A stretch of DNA of 18,674 nucleotides from an uncultured delta proteobacterium. Its GTDB lineage: Bacteria; Desulfobacterota; Binatia; UBA9968. Under the pieces are notes generated by a model. It was not told the DNA's origin. It did no database searches and saw only the letters and a program-made list of their open reading frames with translations. The position numbers and the translations under genes were made by a program. The stretch lies in NCBI GenBank assembly GCA_963840855.1, contig CAWJBB010000091.1, forward strand, positions 1-18,674, written 5' to 3'. Within the stretch, counting starts at the first letter, position 1; each line of letters opens with the position of its first letter. Shown one piece after another: positions 7,453 through 16,295 of the stretch.

Positions 7453-8811
7453 ATGCTCAGTAGGGAAGAAAACGAACTGCTTACGAGGACCGGCCCCGGT
7501 ACGCCGATGGGACAGCTGTTGCGCAGATTCTGGCTGCCGGCTTTGTTGGCGGACGAATTGCCCGAGCCGGACTGCACGCCGGTGCGGGTGAGACTGCTAT
7601 GCGAAGATCTCGTGGCGTTCCGGGATACCGAAGGGAGACTTGGTCTGATCAGCGCCTTTTGCGCACATCGGCGGGCCCATCTCTTTTTCGGCCGTAACGA
7701 AGAGTGCGGATTGCGCTGCATTTATCACGGCTGGAAATACGACGTTGATGGCAACTGCGTCGATTTGCCGACGGAGCCCCCGGAGTCGAACTTCAAAGAC
7801 AAAGTAAAGTTGACTTCCTATACGCTGCGGGAGGCGGGTGGCATCATTTGGGCCTACATGGGTCCCAAGGATTATATCCCAGAGTTGCCGCAATTCCCGC
7901 TGATTCAAGTTCCACCGGACTATCGATTCGTCATCAAGCGGCTGCAGGAATCCAACTTCGCTCAAGCGCTCGAAGGAGGAATAGACTCAGCGCACACGCG
8001 CTTTCTGCATGGCCGGCTCGACGCCTTCCGCAACACCGCCAACTACCTAAAGGCGACGGAGCCGCTGCGCAAAAGATTTACTGATGCCCCGGATAGCTTA
8101 TCTCCCCGCGAGCTCGACATCCTGTTCCGCATGGCTGACAAAGCGCCGAGGGTAATGGCGAAGAGAACCCGTTATGGTCTGGCGATCGGCGCTCGCGGCA
8201 CCATCAGCGAGCAAAGTTATTACTGGCGTTTCAACCAGTTTCTGATGCCATTTTACACTATGCCTCCCAGGGACCCGGGAGGACACGCGTTTGTGCCCAT
8301 CGATGATGAGAATTGTTGGGTGTGGACCTTCAGAGTGAACACCAATCGCCCGCTTACGGCGGACGAGATCTACGGCATGCGCACCGGCCAGGCAGATGGA
8401 CGCTTTGGCGCGCCGGTGGACAAAGAGTATAAGCCTTTGGCGAACAAGGCTAATGATTTTTTTATTGACCGCCAAATCCAGCGCACCTATAACTTTACCG
8501 GCATCATCGGCACGGGCAACCAGGACATGGCCGCGCAGGTGAGCATGGGGCCTATCACTGACCGGACAAATGAGATGCTCGGGATTACCGACGTGGGAAT
8601 CATCGAGATGCGCAAACTTCTTTTGAGCGCAGCCAATGATCTTTGCGAAGGCAAAGAGCCGGCTGAGGCGCTTCACCCGGAAGTGTACGACGGCGTTCGC
8701 GGAGTCTCCATCGTGCGCGATCAAAAAGTCCCTTTTGATGATTGCGTCGCAGAGGTGCTGTGTGAGATCGAAAGGACAAAACACCGGTTTCGCGAATTGG
8801 CGGGGTCGTGA
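7453..8811 (+). CDS. Rieske non-heme iron oxygenase alpha subunit (phthalate 4,5-dioxygenase/LigXa-like)
   Basis: N-terminal MLSREENELLTRTGPGTPMGQLLRRFW, Rieske C-x-H-x16-C-x2-H (CAHR..CIYHGW), mononuclear Fe motif EGGIDSAHTRFLH and a later QD. RBS AGGAG. Confidence 0.93.
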   Translation: MLSREENELLTRTGPGTPMGQLLRRFWLPALLADELPEPDCTPVRVRLLCEDLVAFRDTEGRLGLISAFCAHRRAHLFFGRNEECGLRCIYHGWKYDVDGNCVDLPTEPPESNFKDKVKLTSYTLREAGGIIWAYMGPKDYIPELPQFPLIQVPPDYRFVIKRLQESNFAQALEGGIDSAHTRFLHGRLDAFRNTANYLKATEPLRKRFTDAPDSLSPRELDILFRMADKAPRVMAKRTRYGLAIGARGTISEQSYYWRFNQFLMPFYTMPPRDPGGHAFVPIDDENCWVWTFRVNTNRPLTADEIYGMRTGQADGRFGAPVDKEYKPLANKANDFFIDRQIQRTYNFTGIIGTGNQDMAAQVSMGPITDRTNEMLGITDVGIIEMRKLLLSAANDLCEGKEPAEALHPEVYDGVRGVSIVRDQKVPFDDCVAEVLCEIERTKHRFRELAGS

Positions 8812-8861
8812 TCGCACTCGTTTCTAGTGCTCGTCTTTCGAACACGAGCCACGATCACGAT
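8805..8861. repeat. TCGT/ACGA-rich nested hairpin overlapping the Rieske stop codon
   Basis: TCGTGATCG (8806-8814) / CGATCACGA (8852-8860) is a perfect 9-bp IR, with an inner GCTCGT/ACGAGC stem. Confidence 0.6.
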
Positions 8862-8884
8862 AGGAATGCGTTTTTGGGGGGATT

Positions 8885-9982
8885 ATGGGTGAAACGGTTC
8901 TAGCGGCGACGCAAATCGGTCCACGGAAAATCGAGCTGAGGGAATATCCCGTCCCGCAAATCGGCGCCGACGATGCCTTGCTCAAGGTGGAAATCGCCGG
9001 CATCTGCGGCAGCGACATCGGCGGTTACGAGCAATTTGAGGGCGCGCCGCGCATCAGGGGACATGAGAATGTCGGCTTCATCGCCAAAATCGGCGCAGAG
9101 GCCGCAAAGCGCTGGGGCGTTCAGGACGGCGACCGCGTGGTTGTCGAGCAGTATTTGCCGTGCGGCAATTGCCGCTGGTGCCGCACCGGTGAATATCGCT
9201 TCTGCGATCAAACCGATAAACTCCCAGGCCGAATCATTCTGCGCTACGGCAACACGCCGGTAAACGTCGCGCCATCGCTATGGGGCGGCTTCAGCCAGTA
9301 TCTGTATTTGCCGCCGAACGCGATTGTGCACAAGATTCCCGCCCATGTTCCGGCGGCCCACGCCGCGCTGTTTGTGCCGTTGGCCAACGGCATGCAGTGG
9401 GCCTATCTCCAGGGCGGTGCCGCTCCCGGCAAGACCGTGGTGATCCAGGGACCTGGACAAATGGGGTTGTCGTGCGTGCTGGCCGCGCGCGAGGCCGGCG
9501 CCCAGTGCATCATCGTGAGCGGGCTGACGCGCGATGCGCGGCGTTTCGACGCAGCGCGCAAGCTGGGGGCGCATCACATCGTCAACGTCGAGAAAGAGAG
9601 CTTGAGCGCAAGGGTCAAAGAAATTACCAACGGGCAAGGCGCCGACGTAGTGGTCAACGTCTCGCGCGGCGGCAAGAAAACCGTCCGCGACGCCCTCGAT
9701 TGCGCGGCCAAGATCAGCACCATTGTACTCGCCGGTCCGGGCGATCAAGAAATTCCGACGCGCGGATTCGGCCGCAAGCTCATTACCATGAAGTGGGTCC
9801 AGGGCTCTTCTTTTGCGGCGTTCGAACTCGGCCTGCAACTGATGGCTTCCGGCAGATATCCACTGGGCGAGATCAGCACGCACCAGTTTGATTTGCGCCA
9901 TGTGAATGAAGCCATCAGAACATTCGCCGGTGAAGAGGGACCGGAGGGAGTCATTCACGTCAGCATCCGGCCCGAGGTGTAA
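8885..9982 (+). CDS. Zinc-dependent alcohol dehydrogenase (MDR), paralog of 145-1257
   Basis: GICGSD, GHENVG, CGNCRWCRTGEYRFC and GPGQMG. Shares [22 protein letters not shown] with the first copy. Confidence 0.92.
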   Translation: MGETVLAATQIGPRKIELREYPVPQIGADDALLKVEIAGICGSDIGGYEQFEGAPRIRGHENVGFIAKIGAEAAKRWGVQDGDRVVVEQYLPCGNCRWCRTGEYRFCDQTDKLPGRIILRYGNTPVNVAPSLWGGFSQYLYLPPNAIVHKIPAHVPAAHAALFVPLANGMQWAYLQGGAAPGKTVVIQGPGQMGLSCVLAAREAGAQCIIVSGLTRDARRFDAARKLGAHHIVNVEKESLSARVKEITNGQGADVVVNVSRGGKKTVRDALDCAAKISTIVLAGPGDQEIPTRGFGRKLITMKWVQGSSFAAFELGLQLMASGRYPLGEISTHQFDLRHVNEAIRTFAGEEGPEGVIHVSIRPEV

Positions 9983-9986
9983 GAAG

Positions 9987-10020
9987 GTTATAGCGACGCA
10001 GCATGCTGCGCCCCTATAGC
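9987..10020. repeat. REP-like palindrome
   Basis: Perfect 14-bp palindrome CGCAGCATGCTGCG (9997-10010) extended imperfectly by TATAG..CTATA, immediately after the MDR stop. Confidence 0.7.
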
Positions 10021-10119
10021 TAGTCCGAGAATTAGATCTTGCAACACGACCAGGCAATGGGCTTTAGTTGGAAAATCGCCGAGAGATAGCGTAAAAACAG
10101 CGGAGAAGGAGAATCAATC

Positions 10120-11271
10120 ATGACTACAGTAGCTGAGCAAATTACCAAGAACCAGTATTTTGAACCGGGACCGGTGGCGGTGGAGACTAAAAACTATTCC
10201 TACGACCACTGGATGGAATCGGTCGGCATTCCCATCCACCGCGGCTTCTTCATCGAAGATCTGCGCACGGTGGAGTTGGGCTGGTGGGATGAGCGCCAAT
10301 GCAACGCGGCGTTTATTCAATTGATGGGCCAGGAGGGCATAACTTCGGCCACCGTCATGGAGATCGCGCCCGGGAAAACCCTGCCGCCGGTGAAATTCGC
10401 TCTCGACGAGCTCATTTATGTACTACAGGGCCGCGGCGTGACCACGGTCTGGACGGACGACGGCGCTCCCAAGAAAACTTTCGAATGGCAAGACCGCAGC
10501 TTGTTTGAAATCGGCTCCAACTGTTACCAGCAGCTAAGCAATATGCGCGGCGATCAGCCCGCCCGGGTGCTGCGCTACAGTTATCTGCCGTTGGCTATGT
10601 CGCTGGTCACTGATCCGCGTTTTTATTTCAATAACCCGTTCAAGAAAGCGAGTATCGCAAAACAGGAAGGGGAGACTTACTCCGAGGCGAAACTGGTGGA
10701 AAACGGTGATCCGGCGCTCGCCTGGGGCGGCAAGAGGGTCTATTGGTTCGGCAACTTTTTCCCCGATATGGCGGCCTGGGACAAACTCAGCACCAACCGG
10801 CGCGGCGGCATGAGCGTCACCATCATGTTTCCCGATTCAGAGATGTCCTGCCACATGTCCGTTTTTCCGACGCGGACCTACAAGAAGGCGCACCGCCATG
10901 GTCCGGGGCGGGTGATCGTTATTCCGGGCGGCGAGGGATACTCGATCCTGTGGGAGGAAGGCAAGGAAAGGATTGTCTGCCCATGGCATGAGGGAAGCAT
11001 GTTCGTGCCGCCCAATAAGTGGTTTCACCAGCACTTCAGCGTCGGTACCGATCCGGGCCGGTATTTGGCGCTCCATCCGCCGCGGCAGTTTCGCGGCCAC
11101 GCGGAAAAGATCGAAGACCGCGCCAAGGATATGATCGAATATATCGATGAAGATCCTTGGGTCCGCCAGAAGTTCGAAGCGGAACTGGCGAAAAGAGAAC
11201 TTACGAGCTTGATCCCCGACGAGGCGTATAAAGTGGCAAGTTACGACTGGCATCCCAGGAAGGCCGAATAA
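10120..11271 (+). CDS. Bicupin protein (gentisate 1,2-dioxygenase-like superfamily), copy 1
   Basis: Two cupin repeats. C-terminal YKKAHRHGPG...W.EGSMFVPPNKWFHQHF. RBS AAGGAG. Confidence 0.85.
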   Translation: MTTVAEQITKNQYFEPGPVAVETKNYSYDHWMESVGIPIHRGFFIEDLRTVELGWWDERQCNAAFIQLMGQEGITSATVMEIAPGKTLPPVKFALDELIYVLQGRGVTTVWTDDGAPKKTFEWQDRSLFEIGSNCYQQLSNMRGDQPARVLRYSYLPLAMSLVTDPRFYFNNPFKKASIAKQEGETYSEAKLVENGDPALAWGGKRVYWFGNFFPDMAAWDKLSTNRRGGMSVTIMFPDSEMSCHMSVFPTRTYKKAHRHGPGRVIVIPGGEGYSILWEEGKERIVCPWHEGSMFVPPNKWFHQHFSVGTDPGRYLALHPPRQFRGHAEKIEDRAKDMIEYIDEDPWVRQKFEAELAKRELTSLIPDEAYKVASYDWHPRKAE

Positions 11272-11320
11272 TGAGCTAGCCATCACGAAGCTCCCCGTTT
11301 AGGGAAAAGGAGGGCCAACA

Positions 11321-12298
11321 ATGCCTGGCTCGACCCACAGGGAGGTTACCTATTCCGTCGAGCATTTTTATCCGAAACACCCCGGTCATCCGCTCGCGCC
11401 GCTCACGGCGGAATACCACGGCTACTTCAAAAAGCACGGCATCGACCACAGCCACTTACTGATCGCGGGAGACAACACCGGCTCTATCGATCTGCTGATC
11501 GAGGGGAAAATAAACTTCAGCATGGACGCGCACCCGGCGATGCTGATCGAAGCCAACGCCCAGGGAAGAGATCTCCATATCATCGGCTCTTACCGCAACG
11601 GCCTGGCTTTCAGCGTGGCCGCCTTGCCCGGAGCGGTCAATACACCTCAGGACCTCAGAGGAAAACGATTTGCTACGAATCGCCGCCTGGGCGCGGGCGA
11701 GAGAACCATGCGCCTGGTTTTCCAAAAGCTCGGCTTCGACCCGGACCGCGACATGGACGTTGTCTTGATCGAGAATCAAGGAATCAGCGAAAAAGTGGCC
11801 GCGATCAAGGATAGCAAAAGCGACTTTCTTTTTTACCATCATAACGGCCCACAGGGGAGAGTCGTGCGCGAGCTCATCCGCAGAGGCGAGCTTGAGGAGG
11901 TTGTTGACCTTTCAACCCTCTTCCCTTTCTATGTCGTCCGCTCGATGGCGACCAACGGCCAAATGATCCGCGAACATCCCGATCTCGTCAAAGGATTTAT
12001 CAAAGGAGTCATGCGCGCGCATGGCTTTCTGAAAGACGAAGATCCGACGGGAGTGGAATCGGTGAAAATTCTAAAGCGCGCCCTTAATGTGGATTCGCTC
12101 GCCGGTAGCGGCGTCGAAAACGGCATACCCAAAGCCTGGGCCGTGGCGGCGAAAAATATTGTGACCAGCGTCGAAGGCGTAGAGGTTCACATCGCCGAAT
12201 TGAAAGCCAGAGGAAAGATCGACGGGTCATTCAGCTCGGAGCGGGTCGTTAACAATGAGTTGGCTCTCGAGGCACTGTCCGAGCTGGAGGCAGGATAA
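11321..12298 (+). CDS. NitT/TauT (NMT1/THI5-like) SBP-fold protein lacking a signal peptide
   Basis: A.YHGYFKKHGID, DLRGKRFA, KLGFDPDRD and IREHPDLVKGFIKG match the family. RBS AAGGAGG. An in-frame TAG at 11300-11302 excludes an upstream extension. Confidence 0.78.
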   Translation: MPGSTHREVTYSVEHFYPKHPGHPLAPLTAEYHGYFKKHGIDHSHLLIAGDNTGSIDLLIEGKINFSMDAHPAMLIEANAQGRDLHIIGSYRNGLAFSVAALPGAVNTPQDLRGKRFATNRRLGAGERTMRLVFQKLGFDPDRDMDVVLIENQGISEKVAAIKDSKSDFLFYHHNGPQGRVVRELIRRGELEEVVDLSTLFPFYVVRSMATNGQMIREHPDLVKGFIKGVMRAHGFLKDEDPTGVESVKILKRALNVDSLAGSGVENGIPKAWAVAAKNIVTSVEGVEVHIAELKARGKIDGSFSSERVVNNELALEALSELEAG

Positions 12299-12309
12299 CT
12301 TCGAAGATC

Positions 12310-13425
12310 ATGCAGCTCAATGTTGAAGAATTCGACCAATCCCAGGCACCGAGGATCGATACCTATCAGGAGTGGCAGGCCGCTCAAGGCATTCACGTCG
12401 TTGGCGGCTTTCATGTTCCGGACATCAAACAATTGGACGTAGTTCCTTGGGATTTGAAGGGTGGACGCGGCAGCTTCATCCGTCTCGATGGCGCCGGTAA
12501 AGCGACGGATGCCTACGTCTGTGAAATCCCGCCCGGTGGAAAACTCAAACCTCAGAGGCATCTTTACGAGGAGATGGTCTATATCTCTTGCGGCAGAGGG
12601 GCGACGAACGTATGGCAAAGCGATGGCCAGAGACATTCATTCGAATGGCAGACGGGAAGCCTCTTTGCCGTTCCTCTCAACGCGTGGTACCAGCACTTCA
12701 ATGGCAGCGGCTCTGAGCCTGCTCGTTACTTCGCCGTGACCAACGCTCCTTTCATGATGAATCTTTTCCATAATGCCGAATTTATTTTGCAAAACGACTT
12801 CCGTTTCACGGACCGCTTTGACGCCAACGATCAGGACTATTTCGGCAGCCGTGCCAAACTCTACGGCCGGTCATGGATGTCGGTCAACTTCGTCCCGGAC
12901 ACCCATAACCTAGCGCTGGGAGATCAAAGCGAGCGCGGCCCGGGCGCGCGCAACATGAAGTTCGATCTTGCCGGGCAGATCATGTGCGCGCACATCTCCG
13001 AGTTTGCGGTGGGAACTTATAAGAAGGCCCACTTCCACGGCCCCGGCGCTCATGTCCTCATCCTGAGTGGGCAAGGCTATTCTCTTCTTTGGCGGCAGCA
13101 GTCCGAGGAGAGGACGCGCGTGGATTGGGGACCGGGGAGTTTGATCGTGCCACCTGAGCTGTGGCTGCACCAACACCTTAATGTCGGCGCTGAGCCGGCG
13201 CGCTATTTGGCCCTCAGGTGGAATAACTGGCATTACCCCTTTATCAGAATGGTTGAAGGATCGCGGCGCCAAAGTATCAAGCAAGGCGGGACTCAGTTGG
13301 AGTACGAGGACGAAGATCCCAGGGTCCACGAAGAATTCGAAGCCGCGCTGTCTAAAGCTGGAGCGACCTGTAGAATGGGAACGATTCATCCCTTGTGTAC
13401 TCAGAGGAGGGAAGCAATTACATGA
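12310..13425 (+). CDS. Bicupin protein, copy 2
   Basis: EIPPGGKLKPQRHLYEEMVYI...FEWQTGSLFAVPLNAWYQHFN, then YKKAHFHGPG...VPPELWLHQHLN. Paralog of 10120-11271. Confidence 0.87.
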   Translation: MQLNVEEFDQSQAPRIDTYQEWQAAQGIHVVGGFHVPDIKQLDVVPWDLKGGRGSFIRLDGAGKATDAYVCEIPPGGKLKPQRHLYEEMVYISCGRGATNVWQSDGQRHSFEWQTGSLFAVPLNAWYQHFNGSGSEPARYFAVTNAPFMMNLFHNAEFILQNDFRFTDRFDANDQDYFGSRAKLYGRSWMSVNFVPDTHNLALGDQSERGPGARNMKFDLAGQIMCAHISEFAVGTYKKAHFHGPGAHVLILSGQGYSLLWRQQSEERTRVDWGPGSLIVPPELWLHQHLNVGAEPARYLALRWNNWHYPFIRMVEGSRRQSIKQGGTQLEYEDEDPRVHEEFEAALSKAGATCRMGTIHPLCTQRREAIT

Positions 13426-14483
13426 ATGCGGCAACGCGCCTTACATTAGGGTTGATCCTGCATTTATTTGTCTGGTCGTTGACTTCGGCATGGGCTCAGG
13501 AGAACACGGGGCACCAAAAGTTGATCGAAGGGGCGAAAAAAGAAGGCAAGGTAAAGCTCGGTCTCACGGTGAGGTGGGAAGAGGCGGGCAAGCCGGCGGC
13601 CAAAAAAATCGTTGAGACGTTTCATTCGCGTTATCCGTTTGTGAAGGTTGACTACGAACGCGTCGGCGGATCCCGCGAGCGAGAACGGGTCCTTACTGAG
13701 TTAGCGGCGGGAAGGGTTCCCTACGACGTAACCGTGTTGAGCGGCACGCAGGTTCCGATAGCCATACAGGCCAACCTCGCCGAGAAGGTGGACTGGCGTT
13801 CCCTGGGTGTGCATCCGAGGCAACTCCACCCGGATCGTTTCGGGGTTTATTACCGTTCGCAAATGGTGGGCATCCTATTTAACCGAAAGCTGATCCCGGA
13901 TACGGTGGGATCGAAATTGACCTGGGAAGATTGCGCGAATCCTAAATGGAAGAAAAAAGTGGCGATGGACAATCGGCCGCGGTATCTGGAGATTTTTTAT
14001 CAGCCGCATGTCTGGGGCCGGGAGAAAACGCTGGACCACGCGCGTCAGCTCGGCGCGAATCAGACAATATTTGAGCGCTCGCGCTCGGCTGCTGTAACCA
14101 AGTTGACATTGGGTGAGTATCCGATTATTTGCGGCGCCAATTACTCGCACTATCGGGAACAGATTGCCTATAGAGGTGTGACCCATTTAGGGTTCACTCT
14201 GGCCGAACCGGTCCCGGTTCCGCACGGAGATGTGGTTTTTATCCCGCGCGGAGCGGCAAATCCAAATTCAGCCAAGCTCTGGGTCATGTGGTCGGTAGCC
14301 GAAGAAGGCCAGAAAGTTCTGGACTCCGTGGAGTTTGACGGCAGTCCATTCATCCCTGGAACGGAGCCGGCCAAGATACTGAAGGGGAAGAAGACCGCGA
14401 ATTATGAGCCTCAATGGGAAGCCAAGGCGGATGAAATACTGAAAGAAATCCTGGAGGCGGTAGGCCTTCCCGTGGTGCAGTGA
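13422..14483 (+). CDS. ABC transporter substrate-binding protein, Fe3+/thiamine (AfuA-like) family
   Basis: ATGA overlap with the cupin stop, preceded by GGAGGGA. Signal peptide ..SAWAQ, KLIEGAKKEG, NPKWKKKVAMD and AANPNSAKLW. Confidence 0.88.
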   Translation: MNAATRLTLGLILHLFVWSLTSAWAQENTGHQKLIEGAKKEGKVKLGLTVRWEEAGKPAAKKIVETFHSRYPFVKVDYERVGGSRERERVLTELAAGRVPYDVTVLSGTQVPIAIQANLAEKVDWRSLGVHPRQLHPDRFGVYYRSQMVGILFNRKLIPDTVGSKLTWEDCANPKWKKKVAMDNRPRYLEIFYQPHVWGREKTLDHARQLGANQTIFERSRSAAVTKLTLGEYPIICGANYSHYREQIAYRGVTHLGFTLAEPVPVPHGDVVFIPRGAANPNSAKLWVMWSVAEEGQKVLDSVEFDGSPFIPGTEPAKILKGKKTANYEPQWEAKADEILKEILEAVGLPVVQ

Positions 14484-16216
14484 CGCTGGGCATGAGAGCG
14501 AAGGGCTCCCCTGCCGCTTTTCTTTTTTTTCTCTTCATTGTTGCCGTTCTGCTCTGGCTCATCTTAATCCCTCTGGGACAAATGATCGTGAGCAGCTTTC
14601 GCTCCGGACATCCGGTGGCGCCGGGACCGTTCACATTCAAGAATTATCTCGTCGCTTACCTCAATCCTCTCACTTACCGGATGATCCTCAATACTTTTCT
14701 TTTTGCCGGCGCCGGCACGGCGATCACCGTCGCCATCGCCGTGCTTTTTGCCTGGCTCATTGAACGCACCGATATGCCGCTTCGCGATCTATGTTGGAGC
14801 CTGCTTTTGGTTCCTATGGCTATGCCCGGATTGCTCTTCTCGATGGCCTATGTCTTTCTTCTTTCACCCCAGAGCGGCGTCGTCAATATTTTTCTGCGCG
14901 GCTTGTTTGGCGAAATTGGCATCGAACTTTCGGAGGGGCCGATCAACATCTACTCCCTCGGAGGGATGATCTTTCTCGACGGCATACGGGGAGTCACGAC
15001 GGTTTTTCTTCTCATTGTCGGCGCTTTCCGCATGATGGATCCGTCGCTGGAAGAGGCCTCTTGGGTGACCGGCGCAAGAAATTGGACGACTGTCCGGAGA
15101 GTGACCCTCGCGGTTTTGCGCCCCGCTCTTCTCGCCGCGATCATCTATGAATTCAGCTCCTCTATGGAATCCTTCGAGGCCCCTCTGGTCGTCGGTCTTC
15201 CCGGCGGGGTCTATGTCTACAGCACGATGATTTACATCTCAACGAGGGAACCACTGCCGAACTACGGGTTGGGAGCGACCTTCGCCGGCAGCTACGTCAT
15301 GATGGCCGTCGGTCTGGCCTATCTCTATCAACGCGCCATCCTGCGGCAAAGCGAACGATTTACGACTGTGAGCGGCAAGGGCTACAGGCCCCGTATCATG
15401 GAGTTGGGCCGATGGCGCTATCCGGCCCTGGCCCTTTTCTTTCTGTATCTCTTTCTCAGCGTTGTTCTGCCTCTCGCCGTGCTGATCTGGACCTCTCTGC
15501 TTTCCGTCTACCAGCCCCCGTCTATGGATGCGCTTGCTCAGGTAAGCTGGAACAACTACCGGCTGATTTTCACTGAGCCCAACGTGCTGCGCACCGCGTG
15601 GAACACGATCGTGGTCACCGTTATCACCGCTACCGCCACGGTTGCCCTCGCTTTTTCGGTCTCCTGGCTAGTGGTGCGCACGAAAGTGAGAGGAAGGTTT
15701 GCTCTGGATGGTCTTACGTTTGCGTCTCATGCGGTCCCAGGCGTGGTTGTCGCCTTGTCATTCATCCTCCTCTATCTTCAGCCGCCGTTTCGCTATCTTG
15801 GTCTCTACGGGACCCTGTGGATCGTCTCTCTGGCGTTGATCACGCAGTACGTCGCTTTTGCCAGTCGCACGACCAATGCGGCAATCACGCAGATCCATCG
15901 GGAGCTGGAAGAAGCCGGTGAGGTGAGCGGCGCGGGTCGCCTCAGAATTATCTGGCAAATCACCTGTCCACTGATTCGGCCGGCATTTGTCGCCGCCTGG
16001 ATTTGGGTGGCGGCCCACGCAGTCAGGGCATTTTCCATTCCCTTACTACTGGCGAGCCGGGAAAATCGGACGCTCGCTGTGATGCTCTGGCACTACTGGG
16101 ACGAGGAGGCGAACCAGCCCGCCGCCGCTGCTCTGGGAGTTGTGTTCATTCTACTCTTGACTATCTTCACGTTTGCAGGCCGAGTCTTCATCACCAAGGG
16201 ATTCAGGCAGACATGA
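14480..16216 (+). CDS. ABC transporter permease, FbpB/ThiP type (two fused TM domains)
   Basis: About 12 TM helices and two EAA loops (MDPSLEEASWVTGA; IHRELEEAGEVSGA). GTGA overlap with the SBP stop (alternative ATG 14492). Confidence 0.92.
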   Translation: MTLGMRAKGSPAAFLFFLFIVAVLLWLILIPLGQMIVSSFRSGHPVAPGPFTFKNYLVAYLNPLTYRMILNTFLFAGAGTAITVAIAVLFAWLIERTDMPLRDLCWSLLLVPMAMPGLLFSMAYVFLLSPQSGVVNIFLRGLFGEIGIELSEGPINIYSLGGMIFLDGIRGVTTVFLLIVGAFRMMDPSLEEASWVTGARNWTTVRRVTLAVLRPALLAAIIYEFSSSMESFEAPLVVGLPGGVYVYSTMIYISTREPLPNYGLGATFAGSYVMMAVGLAYLYQRAILRQSERFTTVSGKGYRPRIMELGRWRYPALALFFLYLFLSVVLPLAVLIWTSLLSVYQPPSMDALAQVSWNNYRLIFTEPNVLRTAWNTIVVTVITATATVALAFSVSWLVVRTKVRGRFALDGLTFASHAVPGVVVALSFILLYLQPPFRYLGLYGTLWIVSLALITQYVAFASRTTNAAITQIHRELEEAGEVSGAGRLRIIWQITCPLIRPAFVAAWIWVAAHAVRAFSIPLLLASRENRTLAVMLWHYWDEEANQPAAAALGVVFILLLTIFTFAGRVFITKGFRQT

Positions 16217-16295
16217 TAAATTCTACGTAAACCCCGCGCTGTTGAGGCAGGAACAAAATACATTTCTGTTACGAATATACCGATTAAATACTACG

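Noticed and set aside
8098-10057. Minus-strand ORFs of 239 aa and 259 aa, and the 203-aa alternative-frame ORF at 9280
   Set aside because: They overlap well-supported Rieske and MDR genes, have no motifs, and are typical GC-rich shadow ORFs.
10039-10068. Internal promoter TTGCAA-N18-TTTAGT before cupin 1
   Set aside because: The -10 match is poor and there is no other support.
13422-16216. Specific call as an iron uptake system (fbpAB)
   Set aside because: Only the family can be assigned. The ligand cannot be determined, and the catabolic context fits an organic substrate equally well.
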